From the NCBI GenBank assembly GCA_046309555.1, contig JBKCOY010000066.1, positions 2,694 through 66,693 of the forward strand: a stretch of 64,000 bases of DNA, in the 5' to 3' direction. The stretch comes from Chitinophagia bacterium. Lineage in GTDB: Bacteria; Bacteroidota; Bacteroidia; Chitinophagales; Chitinophagaceae. Positions 38,366 to 47,021 of the stretch are shown here, one piece after another; the stretch's first letter is position 1; the number at the start of each line of letters is the position of its first letter. A program made the position numbers and the translations under genes. Below the pieces are notes generated by a model, which saw only the letters and a list, made by a program, of their open reading frames with translations, had not been told where the DNA came from and did no database searches.

Positions 38366-40519
38366 ATGCTACAACAACCATTTCAATCAAGTTTTGATCT
38401 TGGTAACGGACGTATTGTCACCATCGAAACAGGCCGATTGGCCCGTCAGGCTGATGGTGCAGTTACTGTTAAACAAGGCAATTGTATACTATTGGCAACC
38501 GTTTGCGCGAACAAGGAACCCAGAGAGGGACAAGACTTCTTCCCGTTATCTGTAGATTACCAGGAAAAGTTTGCATCTGCTGGACGTATCCCCGGTTCAT
38601 TTTTTAAACGTGAAGGCCGACTCAGCGACTATGAGATTCTCATCAGCCGTTTGATCGACAGAGCTCTTCGCCCTTTATTCCCTGAAGATTACCTCTGTGA
38701 TGTTCAGGTTTTGGTTACGCTTGTTTCATCTGACCCCGAGGTTATGCCAGATTCACTGGCTTGTCTGGCGGCCTCTGCAGCACTTGCCGTTTCAGATATT
38801 CCCATTAAGGAGATCATTTCTGAAGTGAGGGTTGCCAGGGTCAACGGAAACTACATCGTTAATCCCAGCAGAACAGAAATGGCGTCTGCCGACATGGATT
38901 TTATGATCGGTGCTACTGCAAAGAATCTGATGATGGTGGAAGGTGAATCCAAAGAATGTGCTGAGGCCGATGTGGTGAAGGCATTGGAGATCGCCCATGA
39001 TGCCATTCGTATTCAGATCGCCGCTCAGGAAGAATTAAAACAAAAAGTTGGCGTTGTAGGTAAGCGTGATTATCCCAAGCCTATTTCTGATGAGTCGATC
39101 CAGGAAAAAGTAAATGCATTCGCTTCTGAAAGGGTTTATGCTATTTCAAAAGGCAGCAGCAGCAAGGCTGATCGTAGCAAAGCTTATGATGAGTTGAAAA
39201 AGGAAGTTGTGGCCATGATGGGCCAGGAAGCAACATCCGACCAGATCAAGTTGGCAAAAAAATATTTTGAGGATCTCAAATGGGAAGTAGTTCGTAACAT
39301 GATCCTTGACGATAGGATTCGTTTGGATGGTCGTGCATTGGATCAGGTTCGTCCGCTCAACATGGAAGTGGATGTATTGCCAAGTCCGCATGGCTCAGCA
39401 CTCTTCACTCGCGGTGAAACTCAATCACTTACCACGATCACCTTCGGCACGCCTTTAGATGAATTGTTGATCGAGAGTGCAGCAAAATCTGAATACAATA
39501 AATTCATCCTGCATTATAATTTCCCTGCATTCTCAACTGGTGAAGTAAAGCCCATGCGTGGACCAGGCAGAAGGGAAGTAGGACATGGTAACCTCGCATT
39601 GAGAAGCCTTAAGCAGATGATGCCAGGAAATGATTATGCCTACACCGTTCGTGTGGTTTCAGATATTCTGGAATCAAATGGTTCTTCATCCATGGCTACA
39701 GTATGTGCCGGTTCACTGGCCCTGATGGATGCTGGTGTGCCCATTCCAAAACATGTGAGTGGTGTGGCCATGGGATTGATCACCAGATCAACTGACGGTA
39801 AAAATGCAATTCTGACCGATATACTTGGTGATGAAGATCATCTGGGAGATATGGACTTCAAAGTAACCGGAACCCGTGATGGTATCTGTGGTATTCAGAT
39901 GGACATCAAGATTGACGGTTTGAGCATGCAGACCATGATGGAAGCATTGGAGCAAGCCAGAAGAGGAAGGTTGCACATCCTTGATGAGATGTACAACTGC
40001 ATGGCTGAACACCGTGCCGAAGTAAAACCACATGCACCACGCATGATCAAACTCTTCATTGATAAGGAATTCATCGGCGCTGTTATCGGTCCTCAAGGTA
40101 AGATCATCCAGGAGATCCAGCGTGAAACCGGAACTACCATCAATATTGAAGAGATCGGAAACCAGGGTGAAGTGAGCATTTTCAGTCCTGCTAAAGAAGG
40201 ATTGGACAGGGCAGTGGCCTGGGTAAAGGGAATTGTAGCCATGCCTGAGGTAGGCGAGGATTACGAAGCCAAGGTAAAATCCATCATGCCTTATGGTGCT
40301 TTTGTTGAATTCATGCCCGGTAAGCAGGGACTCCTGCACATCAGTGAGGTAAGCTGGAAGCGACTGGAAAACCTCGATGGCATCATGAAAGAAGGAGATT
40401 CAGTTAAAGTAAGGTTGATTGGAATTGATCACAAAACCGGTAAGTTCAAGCTCAGCCGGAAAGCGTTGATTCCAAAGCCTGAATTCCGCAAAGAAGATGG
40501 CGCTGAAAACGAACAATAA
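38366..40519 (+). CDS. pnp: Polyribonucleotide nucleotidyltransferase
   Basis: ETGRLARQADG, FFKREG, RLDGR, FTRGETQ, ESNGSSSMATVC, GDMDFKVTG, KH and S1 domains. Confidence 0.97.
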   Translation: MLQQPFQSSFDLGNGRIVTIETGRLARQADGAVTVKQGNCILLATVCANKEPREGQDFFPLSVDYQEKFASAGRIPGSFFKREGRLSDYEILISRLIDRALRPLFPEDYLCDVQVLVTLVSSDPEVMPDSLACLAASAALAVSDIPIKEIISEVRVARVNGNYIVNPSRTEMASADMDFMIGATAKNLMMVEGESKECAEADVVKALEIAHDAIRIQIAAQEELKQKVGVVGKRDYPKPISDESIQEKVNAFASERVYAISKGSSSKADRSKAYDELKKEVVAMMGQEATSDQIKLAKKYFEDLKWEVVRNMILDDRIRLDGRALDQVRPLNMEVDVLPSPHGSALFTRGETQSLTTITFGTPLDELLIESAAKSEYNKFILHYNFPAFSTGEVKPMRGPGRREVGHGNLALRSLKQMMPGNDYAYTVRVVSDILESNGSSSMATVCAGSLALMDAGVPIPKHVSGVAMGLITRSTDGKNAILTDILGDEDHLGDMDFKVTGTRDGICGIQMDIKIDGLSMQTMMEALEQARRGRLHILDEMYNCMAEHRAEVKPHAPRMIKLFIDKEFIGAVIGPQGKIIQEIQRETGTTINIEEIGNQGEVSIFSPAKEGLDRAVAWVKGIVAMPEVGEDYEAKVKSIMPYGAFVEFMPGKQGLLHISEVSWKRLENLDGIMKEGDSVKVRLIGIDHKTGKFKLSRKALIPKPEFRKEDGAENEQ

Positions 40520-40528
40520 TTTTTAAAT

Positions 40529-40552
40529 GCCGGCTTCATGCCGGCTTTTTTT
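40529..40552 (+). terminator. Intrinsic terminator after pnp
   Basis: gccggc-ttcat-gccggc stem followed by 7 T. Confidence 0.8.
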
Positions 40553-41374
40553 ATGAAGCAATATCTGAAAGTAATCATTCCCTGCACAGACATATCCCTT
40601 CGGGAGATACTGATAGCATTGCTCCCTGATTTGGGTTTAGATGGTATCGAGGAAAAAGAGGAGACAATCCTGGCTTATGCAGAGGAGAAGAATGTTGATG
40701 TTGATGCGTTAGAAAAAACCCTGAAGGGCATGGGATTGGAGCATACTACTTCAGTTTTGCAGGAAGAGAATTGGAATGCCAGTTGGGAGTCCAATTTTGC
40801 GCCGGTGATCATTCCCGGCAAGATCCTGATAAGAGCAGACTTTCATCAAGAATTGGAAGGATTTGATCACAGCATCGTGATCACTCCCAAAATGAGTTTT
40901 GGTACCGGTCATCACGCTACTACCCGGATGATGCTGGAGCAAATGCTGGAAATGGATATGCGGGGCAAGAGGGTGTTGGATTTTGGAACGGGAACAGGAG
41001 TGCTTGCTATTCTGGCCAGCAGGTTGGGGGCAGTTGACGTAAAGGCTATTGACAATGACGACTGGAGCATCATGAACGCAGTTGAGAACATTCAGCGAAA
41101 TGCTTGTGAAAACATCGAGGTAGAATGGGCGGAAGACCTGAATGCTGAATCAAAAGCTGATATTATCCTTGCCAATATCAACAAGCATATTCTCCTTCAG
41201 CATGCTTCTGCCATTAGAAATATTTTGCATGAAAGCGGTTATTTATTGATAAGTGGCTTATTATCTGAAGATTACGATGATATTTTGTTGGTATATTCTC
41301 CATTGTTCGGAGACGTTATCAGCAGGAGAGAGGATAAAAACTGGATTTCCCTGCTGTTCAAAAGCAATGTTTGA
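40553..41374 (+). CDS. prmA: Ribosomal protein L11 methyltransferase
   Basis: ITPKMSFGTGHHATT, LDFGTGTGVLAI, AIDND.WS..NA.EN, ILANIN, LISGLL. Confidence 0.93.
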   Translation: MKQYLKVIIPCTDISLREILIALLPDLGLDGIEEKEETILAYAEEKNVDVDALEKTLKGMGLEHTTSVLQEENWNASWESNFAPVIIPGKILIRADFHQELEGFDHSIVITPKMSFGTGHHATTRMMLEQMLEMDMRGKRVLDFGTGTGVLAILASRLGAVDVKAIDNDDWSIMNAVENIQRNACENIEVEWAEDLNAESKADIILANINKHILLQHASAIRNILHESGYLLISGLLSEDYDDILLVYSPLFGDVISRREDKNWISLLFKSNV

Positions 41375-41442
41375 CACAGCCATTACAACCCATTTATTAT
41401 TTTTTCATTAATTTTACTCTCCCTTAAAATAAACTTTTGTTG

Positions 41443-42093
41443 ATGAATGAAGTGTTGCTGATCATATTGGCATATTTTATTGGTTCAATTCCCACCTCCC
41501 TGATCGTCAGCCGAACCCAGTTCAATATTGACATCAGAGACTATGGCAGCGGAAATGCAGGAGCTACCAATACTTTTCGCGTATTGGGTTCAAGATGGGG
41601 TACCATTGTGATGATTTTCGATATGTTGAAGGGATTAATTGCTGCCAAGCTTGCTTTCCTTCTTCCATTCTATGCCCAGAATGAATTTGAACTGACCAAT
41701 TTCCAGATCGGACTTGGATTGGCAGCCGTATTGGGCCATATTTTCCCGATCTGGGCAGAGTTCAGGGGTGGTAAAGGGGTAGCAACCCTTTTTGGATTGA
41801 TCATTGCAGTTTCGCCATGGACGGCCCTTAGTTGTTCTGGTGTTTTTCTTCTTGTATTGTTTTTAACCCGATTTGTTTCACTGAGTTCTATATTAGCAAG
41901 TCTTGCTTTTCCTGTTTTTATTCTTGTCATCTTTAATGTTGACAACATTGCGTACAGGATCTTCGCTATTGCAGTTGCCTTGCTTGTCATCATGACCCAT
42001 CAAAAGAACATTTCCAGGCTATTAACCGGAAATGAAAACAAAGTGCCGATCCTGAAGTACAGGGACAGAAAAAGAGCACAGCGCAACCACTGA
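41443..42093 (+). CDS. plsY: Glycerol-3-phosphate acyltransferase
   Basis: YFIGSIP, DIRDYGSGNAGATN..R, GHIFPI...FRGGKGVAT, HQKNISRL..G.E. Confidence 0.96.
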   Translation: MNEVLLIILAYFIGSIPTSLIVSRTQFNIDIRDYGSGNAGATNTFRVLGSRWGTIVMIFDMLKGLIAAKLAFLLPFYAQNEFELTNFQIGLGLAAVLGHIFPIWAEFRGGKGVATLFGLIIAVSPWTALSCSGVFLLVLFLTRFVSLSSILASLAFPVFILVIFNVDNIAYRIFAIAVALLVIMTHQKNISRLLTGNENKVPILKYRDRKRAQRNH

Positions 42094-42176
42094 TTGTCAT
42101 TAAAAAACTTATTGATTAATCGCATTTTTTGTGGAAAAAATGTTAATTTTATTCCCCCACGATAAATTATTCGACA

Positions 42177-42665
42177 ATGCTGCTCAACATTTTTGAAAAA
42201 TTACAACTTGCGGAGGAGAAGAATCTTCTGATACAGGGAATACCCTCTACTTTAGAGAAGCACTTTACGAAATTATCCTTTGCCAAAAATGTTACTCCTT
42301 TGCTCAAGAGCAGGAAGATCGACTTCGCACTGGTATTTGCCATCAACTATAATCAGCTTTCTACCATCCTTTGTGATGTCATTCCAGCATTGAGGGAGAA
42401 GAGCAAACTTTGGATTGCCTATCCCAAACCAACTTCAAAGATTGTCAGCGACCTCAACAGAGATTGCCAGTGGGATTGCCTTAAAACGAAGGGATATTGC
42501 ATCATTGAAGAAGTTGTCATTGACCATGTTTGGACAGCCATGCGCTTTTGTACGGCTCAGGAAAGTTCATTTGAAGAATTGAATCTTGAGGAATTATCTT
42601 CAGACGCTACGGTGAAGGATATCGTGAGCAGATCAAAGAGAAAAGAAAAAATGCTGATGCCCTGA
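42177..42665 (+). CDS. Hypothetical protein (possibly DUF3052-like)
   Basis: LWIAYPK.TSK..SDLNRD, W.A.RF pattern. Confidence 0.6.
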   Translation: MLLNIFEKLQLAEEKNLLIQGIPSTLEKHFTKLSFAKNVTPLLKSRKIDFALVFAINYNQLSTILCDVIPALREKSKLWIAYPKPTSKIVSDLNRDCQWDCLKTKGYCIIEEVVIDHVWTAMRFCTAQESSFEELNLEELSSDATVKDIVSRSKRKEKMLMP

Positions 42666-42681
42666 GGCGTTACCTCTTGAT

Positions 42682-43557
42682 TTACAGACTTTGACAGAAG
42701 TCGATCAGTTCTTTCATGCTTTGCATGTGTTTTACATTTTTCTGATCATTTATAATTTCCTTGAATCCCGGGCCACAGATCAGGATTGTTTGCCTGTTAA
42801 ACTGCTCCGATAAATTCACAACATATGGAGAAGGTTCCCAGTTTGTAAAATTGGTGATCAAAAACGTCAGGAGGTAAGCGGGATTGGTTTTTTTTACGAT
42901 TTGATGAACAGAATCTTCGTCTACATCAGCACCAAGATAGAGGGTATTTATTTTTTTGGATCTCAGCAGAAACTGACAGAACAACAAGGGTATCTCATGG
43001 TGTTCTCCTTTTGGACAAAAGAGCACGATCTTGGGATCTCTTCTCGGTTTTCCATCATATGTTTTATCGATAGAATTGATCAATTCATTCCGTATGATAT
43101 TGCTTGAAAAGTGTTCCTGAAATGGAGCAATCTTTTCATTCAACCAAAAATCGCCAATACGGTTAAGAAAAGGGAATACAACATGCATGTACATATTCAC
43201 TTCTCCCATCATTTCCCGAAGTTCTGACAGGAGCCTTTTGAAACTGCTTTCATTTCCATCAAGAGCAAATTCAATCAGGTTGCTGATGAAAGCCTCAAAA
43301 TTTGATTTGCCTTCATTGGGTAAAGTATTTTTTTTGATCTCATCAATTGACATTTCAGCGATCCTTGAGATCTTGATGCCCTGATGATATAAAGATGAGA
43401 TTCTGAGGATATGTTTGAGATCATTATTGTCGTAAACCCTGTGTTTACCAGGTGCTGTTGGAGGTATGACTATTCCATACCGTTTCTCCCATATTCTTAG
43501 CGTGTGTGCCTTTATGCCGGTGAGATTTTCAATGTCTCTTATGCTGAAGGTATTCAT
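42682..43557 (-). CDS. MerR-family regulator with cobalamin-binding domain (CarH/LitR-like)
   Basis: MerR HTH FSIRDIENLTGIKAHTLRIWEKRY, W-x9-EH motif (WLNEKIAPFQEH), EHHEIP, LYLGADV. Confidence 0.85.
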   Translation of the reverse strand: MNTFSIRDIENLTGIKAHTLRIWEKRYGIVIPPTAPGKHRVYDNNDLKHILRISSLYHQGIKISRIAEMSIDEIKKNTLPNEGKSNFEAFISNLIEFALDGNESSFKRLLSELREMMGEVNMYMHVVFPFLNRIGDFWLNEKIAPFQEHFSSNIIRNELINSIDKTYDGKPRRDPKIVLFCPKGEHHEIPLLFCQFLLRSKKINTLYLGADVDEDSVHQIVKKTNPAYLLTFLITNFTNWEPSPYVVNLSEQFNRQTILICGPGFKEIINDQKNVKHMQSMKELIDFCQSL

Positions 43558-43644
43558 GAAATGGGTTATTAAACTTGAAAATAACCATTCATATTAAATT
43601 ATCAACGTATCTCAATGGATAATATTAAAATCCTCCTTTTGTGT

Positions 43645-43652
43645 TACATTTG
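43645..43652 (+). promoter_or_regulatory. -7 promoter element TACATTTG for lepB-cdd
   Basis: TAnnTTTG match 20 nt before the ATG. Confidence 0.55.
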
Positions 43653-43672
43653 GACACCAAAAGAATTGAACA

Positions 43673-45199
43673 ATGAGTATAGGTTGGCTAATTTTTGCGA
43701 TCGCAACAGCTGGTTTTCACCTCGGATTATTTGGCATGTTCAAAAAAGCTGGTATTGATGGATGGAAGGCTTTTGTTCCTTTTTACAATACCTGGCTGAT
43801 GGTTCAAAAAATGGAATTGAAAACCTATTGGTTTTTCTTTCAATTGATACCGATCGCAGGACAATTTATAACGATTTGGATCTGCATCAAATTTGTGGAA
43901 CATTTCGGTAGATTTTCTCTTGTTCATCATGCTGCAACCGTATTGATTCCGTTCATCTATTTTCCTATTTTGGGTTTTTCAAAAAATGAACGCTATGCTG
44001 GTATTCCCGTTGTAAAAAATTACAGCAAATCTCCTACCAGAGAATGGATAGATGCTGCGGTATTTGCAATTGTGGCTGCCACAATCATTCGCACTTTTAT
44101 TTTTGAAGCTTATGTTATACCAACAGGGTCTATGGAAAAGACGTTGCTGGTGAACGATTTTTTGTTTGTCAGTAAGACAAGCTACGGACCTCGTGTTCCC
44201 AATACACCTCTTGCCTTTCCTTTTGTGCATCATACCATGCCAATTGGTTCGTCTAAGTCTTATCTTGAATGGATCAAACTTCCATATAATAGATTTTTAT
44301 CCAGTCCTGTAAAGAGAAACGATGTAGTAGTTTTCAATTATCCTGTTGGCGATACCGTTATTCAGGAATTTCAGTCAGAAATCAATTACTATGATTATCT
44401 AAGGGCTTATGAAGCCAGGGGAGGCAGCAGGGAGACTTTGTTGGCTGAGAGAGGAGATATCGTGGTGAGGCCAGTTGACAAAAGAGAGAATTTCATCAAA
44501 CGTTGTGTTGCAATAGCTGGTGAAACCATTGAGATAAAAGATGGGTTGCTCTTTGTCAATGGAACACCAAACAATGTTCCTCCGGACTCAGAAATGCCAT
44601 ACTATGTAACGCTTGATGGTAAGGGATTTTTTTCTGAAGAGTTTATTCGGGAAGATCTGAATGTGGATCCTGATGATCCGGAACAACGCGACTTCATTCC
44701 TATTCAGGGTGTTCCCAATTTATACCGTTTGACGCTTACTCCCGGACAGCTTGAAAAAGTTAAATCTTTTTCATTTGTCCTCAAAGACTCCATCAAGGCT
44801 GATCTGAACACCAGTGGATTTGGCAATACCTTTCCATATGATACAGCTGGTTTTAAATGGAGTGAGGATAATTTTGGTCCCCTCTGGATACCCAAAAAAG
44901 GCGAAACGATCACATTGAACAGCAAGAACAAAATTTTTTACAGAAGAGTCATTGAAGTATATGAAAATAATCGTTGGGAGGAAAACGTGGGAAAGGTAAT
45001 TTTAAATGGTGTAGCCACAGAGCAGTACACTTTTAAAATGGACTATTTCTGGATGATGGGGGATAACCGACATAATTCTCAGGACTCAAGGTTCTGGGGT
45101 TTTGTTCCGGAAGACCATATCGTAGGTAAAGCATCAATGATCTGGTTCTCCTGGCAGAAGGGACCCAGATGGAACAGGATCTTCAAAAAGATCATGTAG
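43673..45199 (+). CDS. lepB: Signal peptidase I (Bacteroidota type with extra N-terminal membrane domain)
   Basis: Catalytic Ser IPTGSMEKTL, Lys FIKRCVA, MMGDNRHNSQDSRFWGFVP. Confidence 0.95.
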   Translation: MSIGWLIFAIATAGFHLGLFGMFKKAGIDGWKAFVPFYNTWLMVQKMELKTYWFFFQLIPIAGQFITIWICIKFVEHFGRFSLVHHAATVLIPFIYFPILGFSKNERYAGIPVVKNYSKSPTREWIDAAVFAIVAATIIRTFIFEAYVIPTGSMEKTLLVNDFLFVSKTSYGPRVPNTPLAFPFVHHTMPIGSSKSYLEWIKLPYNRFLSSPVKRNDVVVFNYPVGDTVIQEFQSEINYYDYLRAYEARGGSRETLLAERGDIVVRPVDKRENFIKRCVAIAGETIEIKDGLLFVNGTPNNVPPDSEMPYYVTLDGKGFFSEEFIREDLNVDPDDPEQRDFIPIQGVPNLYRLTLTPGQLEKVKSFSFVLKDSIKADLNTSGFGNTFPYDTAGFKWSEDNFGPLWIPKKGETITLNSKNKIFYRRVIEVYENNRWEENVGKVILNGVATEQYTFKMDYFWMMGDNRHNSQDSRFWGFVPEDHIVGKASMIWFSWQKGPRWNRIFKKIM

Positions 45200-45209
45200 A
45201 AAAGTTTAC

Positions 45210-45698
45210 ATGGAAAAGGCAACGGTAAAAATTCAATTCAGCATACATGATGATCTCTCTTCCCTGAGTGTTCAGGATGCCGCTTTGATTCAGGAAGTAC
45301 GTGAACTTTGTAAAACAGCCTATGCTCCCTATTCCCGCTTTAGGGTAGGTGCCCTGGCCCTGATGGAAGACAAAACAAAGATTCATGGAACCAATCAGGA
45401 GAATGCCTCATATCCGATCGGACTATGTGCAGAAAGGGTTCTTCTGGCTGCTGCATCTTCCATTGCACCGGGCAAATCGATACATACCATGGCCATCAGT
45501 TATGAAAGTGATGAAGTGGCCAGTGTTAATCCGGTAGCTCCCTGTGGTATTTGCAGGCAATCATTGGTGGAATTTGAATCACGGTTCAATCATCCGCTTC
45601 GGTTGTTGCTAACCGGACAGAAAGGAAAAATTTATGAATTCGCTTCAGCTGCTGATATCCTGCCCTTTGCGTTCAAGCACTTTCATCTGGGCAAATAA
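45210..45698 (+). CDS. cdd: Cytidine deaminase
   Basis: AYAPYSRFRVGA, NQENASYP.GLCAER, PCGICRQ. Confidence 0.93.
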   Translation: MEKATVKIQFSIHDDLSSLSVQDAALIQEVRELCKTAYAPYSRFRVGALALMEDKTKIHGTNQENASYPIGLCAERVLLAAASSIAPGKSIHTMAISYESDEVASVNPVAPCGICRQSLVEFESRFNHPLRLLLTGQKGKIYEFASAADILPFAFKHFHLGK

Positions 45699-45713
45699 GT
45701 AAGGATTTTTTTC

Positions 45714-47021
45714 TCAATAACTTTTGCTCATCTCTCCGGTAATGAACTGAAGCGTTGTTGCTGCCAACTGAGCATTGAATTGAGCAAAGATGTACCGGTT
45801 CTGTGCCTCGATCAGACTCAATTGCGCCTGTCTTAATTCAATGGAATTGCTCTGCAGTTTTCTGAATCGTTCAGTGGAAATAAAATTATTCTCTTCTGCA
45901 AGCTTGACATTTTGCTCTTCAATTTTGGCTATTGAACGGGCATTTTGATAATCATTGAATGCTGTTAGCAGATTTTGCTGTAGTGATGCTTTGAGTTGCT
46001 CTGTTTGTAGCACCTGTCTTTTTTGCTGAATGGTATTGACCTTCAATTGTGTTTTGTTGATGCCACCATTAAAAATGGGTATGCCCATTGCCAGTCCAAC
46101 TGTAGGACCAAAATTCTGATTCACCAGGAAAAGTCCAGCTGTACTTTTGGTTTTGTTCAATACTGTATTGGTATTGAAGGTTAGTGTTGGCAAACGTTGA
46201 GAGTTGATGATCTTTCTATCATTCATCAAATTCATCTTCTCCTGCTGAGCTATCAACAGTTGTGGATTCTGACTTTCCATTTTACCGGACAAAGCACTCA
46301 AGGCGATCTCTGGAATACTGAATTGCTGATCCGTAGGATGAAATACAGCATCTGCAGGTTTTTTCAAGAGAACATTAAGGGCTGCTTTTGTATCAACGAT
46401 CTGATTATTGATGTTTTCAAGATTTACTTTTTGGGCATTGAGATCGATGCTGGCTTGGAGCATATCTGTTTTGTTGCCACTGCCCACATTGAATCTTGTC
46501 TCAGCAATTTTCAGTCGCTCAAGAGATAGATTGATAATAGCTTTTGTAGCCTCCACCTGTTTGTTCAATCTGACCAGATTGTAATAGGTTGTCATCACTT
46601 CAAAGATCACCTGGTCTATCTGCTGTTGCACAGCTATTACACCGATTCTCTCCAGTGTTTCAAATCTTTCTTTGGTAGTTCGTATGCGCATGCCATTGAA
46701 GATTCTCCAGCTTATGCCCAGATTTGAATTCAACGCATTATTGGATACATTATTCCTGACAATACTGTTGCCATTGGATAACTTCTGGTTGATGTTGGAA
46801 TTAGCTTCTGTATTGGAAACGTTCAGATTGATGGAGGGCAATGCACCGGCATTACCCCAGTTGTTGTTGATCTTGGCGATCTCCAGTTCTGAACCAGCAA
46901 TTTGAATATCAAGGTTCTGTTGCAGCGCCATCTCTACTGCCTGTTTGAGGGAGAAACTGCTGTCTTGGCCCAATGTTGAACCGATCAGGAAAAAAGAAAA
47001 AAACAAAGACCTAAATTTCAT
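45714..47021 (-). CDS. TolC-family outer-membrane efflux protein
   Basis: SL.QAVEMALQQN.DI, helical repeats, ERFRKLQ...IELRQAQ. Confidence 0.9.
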   Translation of the reverse strand: MKFRSLFFSFFLIGSTLGQDSSFSLKQAVEMALQQNLDIQIAGSELEIAKINNNWGNAGALPSINLNVSNTEANSNINQKLSNGNSIVRNNVSNNALNSNLGISWRIFNGMRIRTTKERFETLERIGVIAVQQQIDQVIFEVMTTYYNLVRLNKQVEATKAIINLSLERLKIAETRFNVGSGNKTDMLQASIDLNAQKVNLENINNQIVDTKAALNVLLKKPADAVFHPTDQQFSIPEIALSALSGKMESQNPQLLIAQQEKMNLMNDRKIINSQRLPTLTFNTNTVLNKTKSTAGLFLVNQNFGPTVGLAMGIPIFNGGINKTQLKVNTIQQKRQVLQTEQLKASLQQNLLTAFNDYQNARSIAKIEEQNVKLAEENNFISTERFRKLQSNSIELRQAQLSLIEAQNRYIFAQFNAQLAATTLQFITGEMSKSY

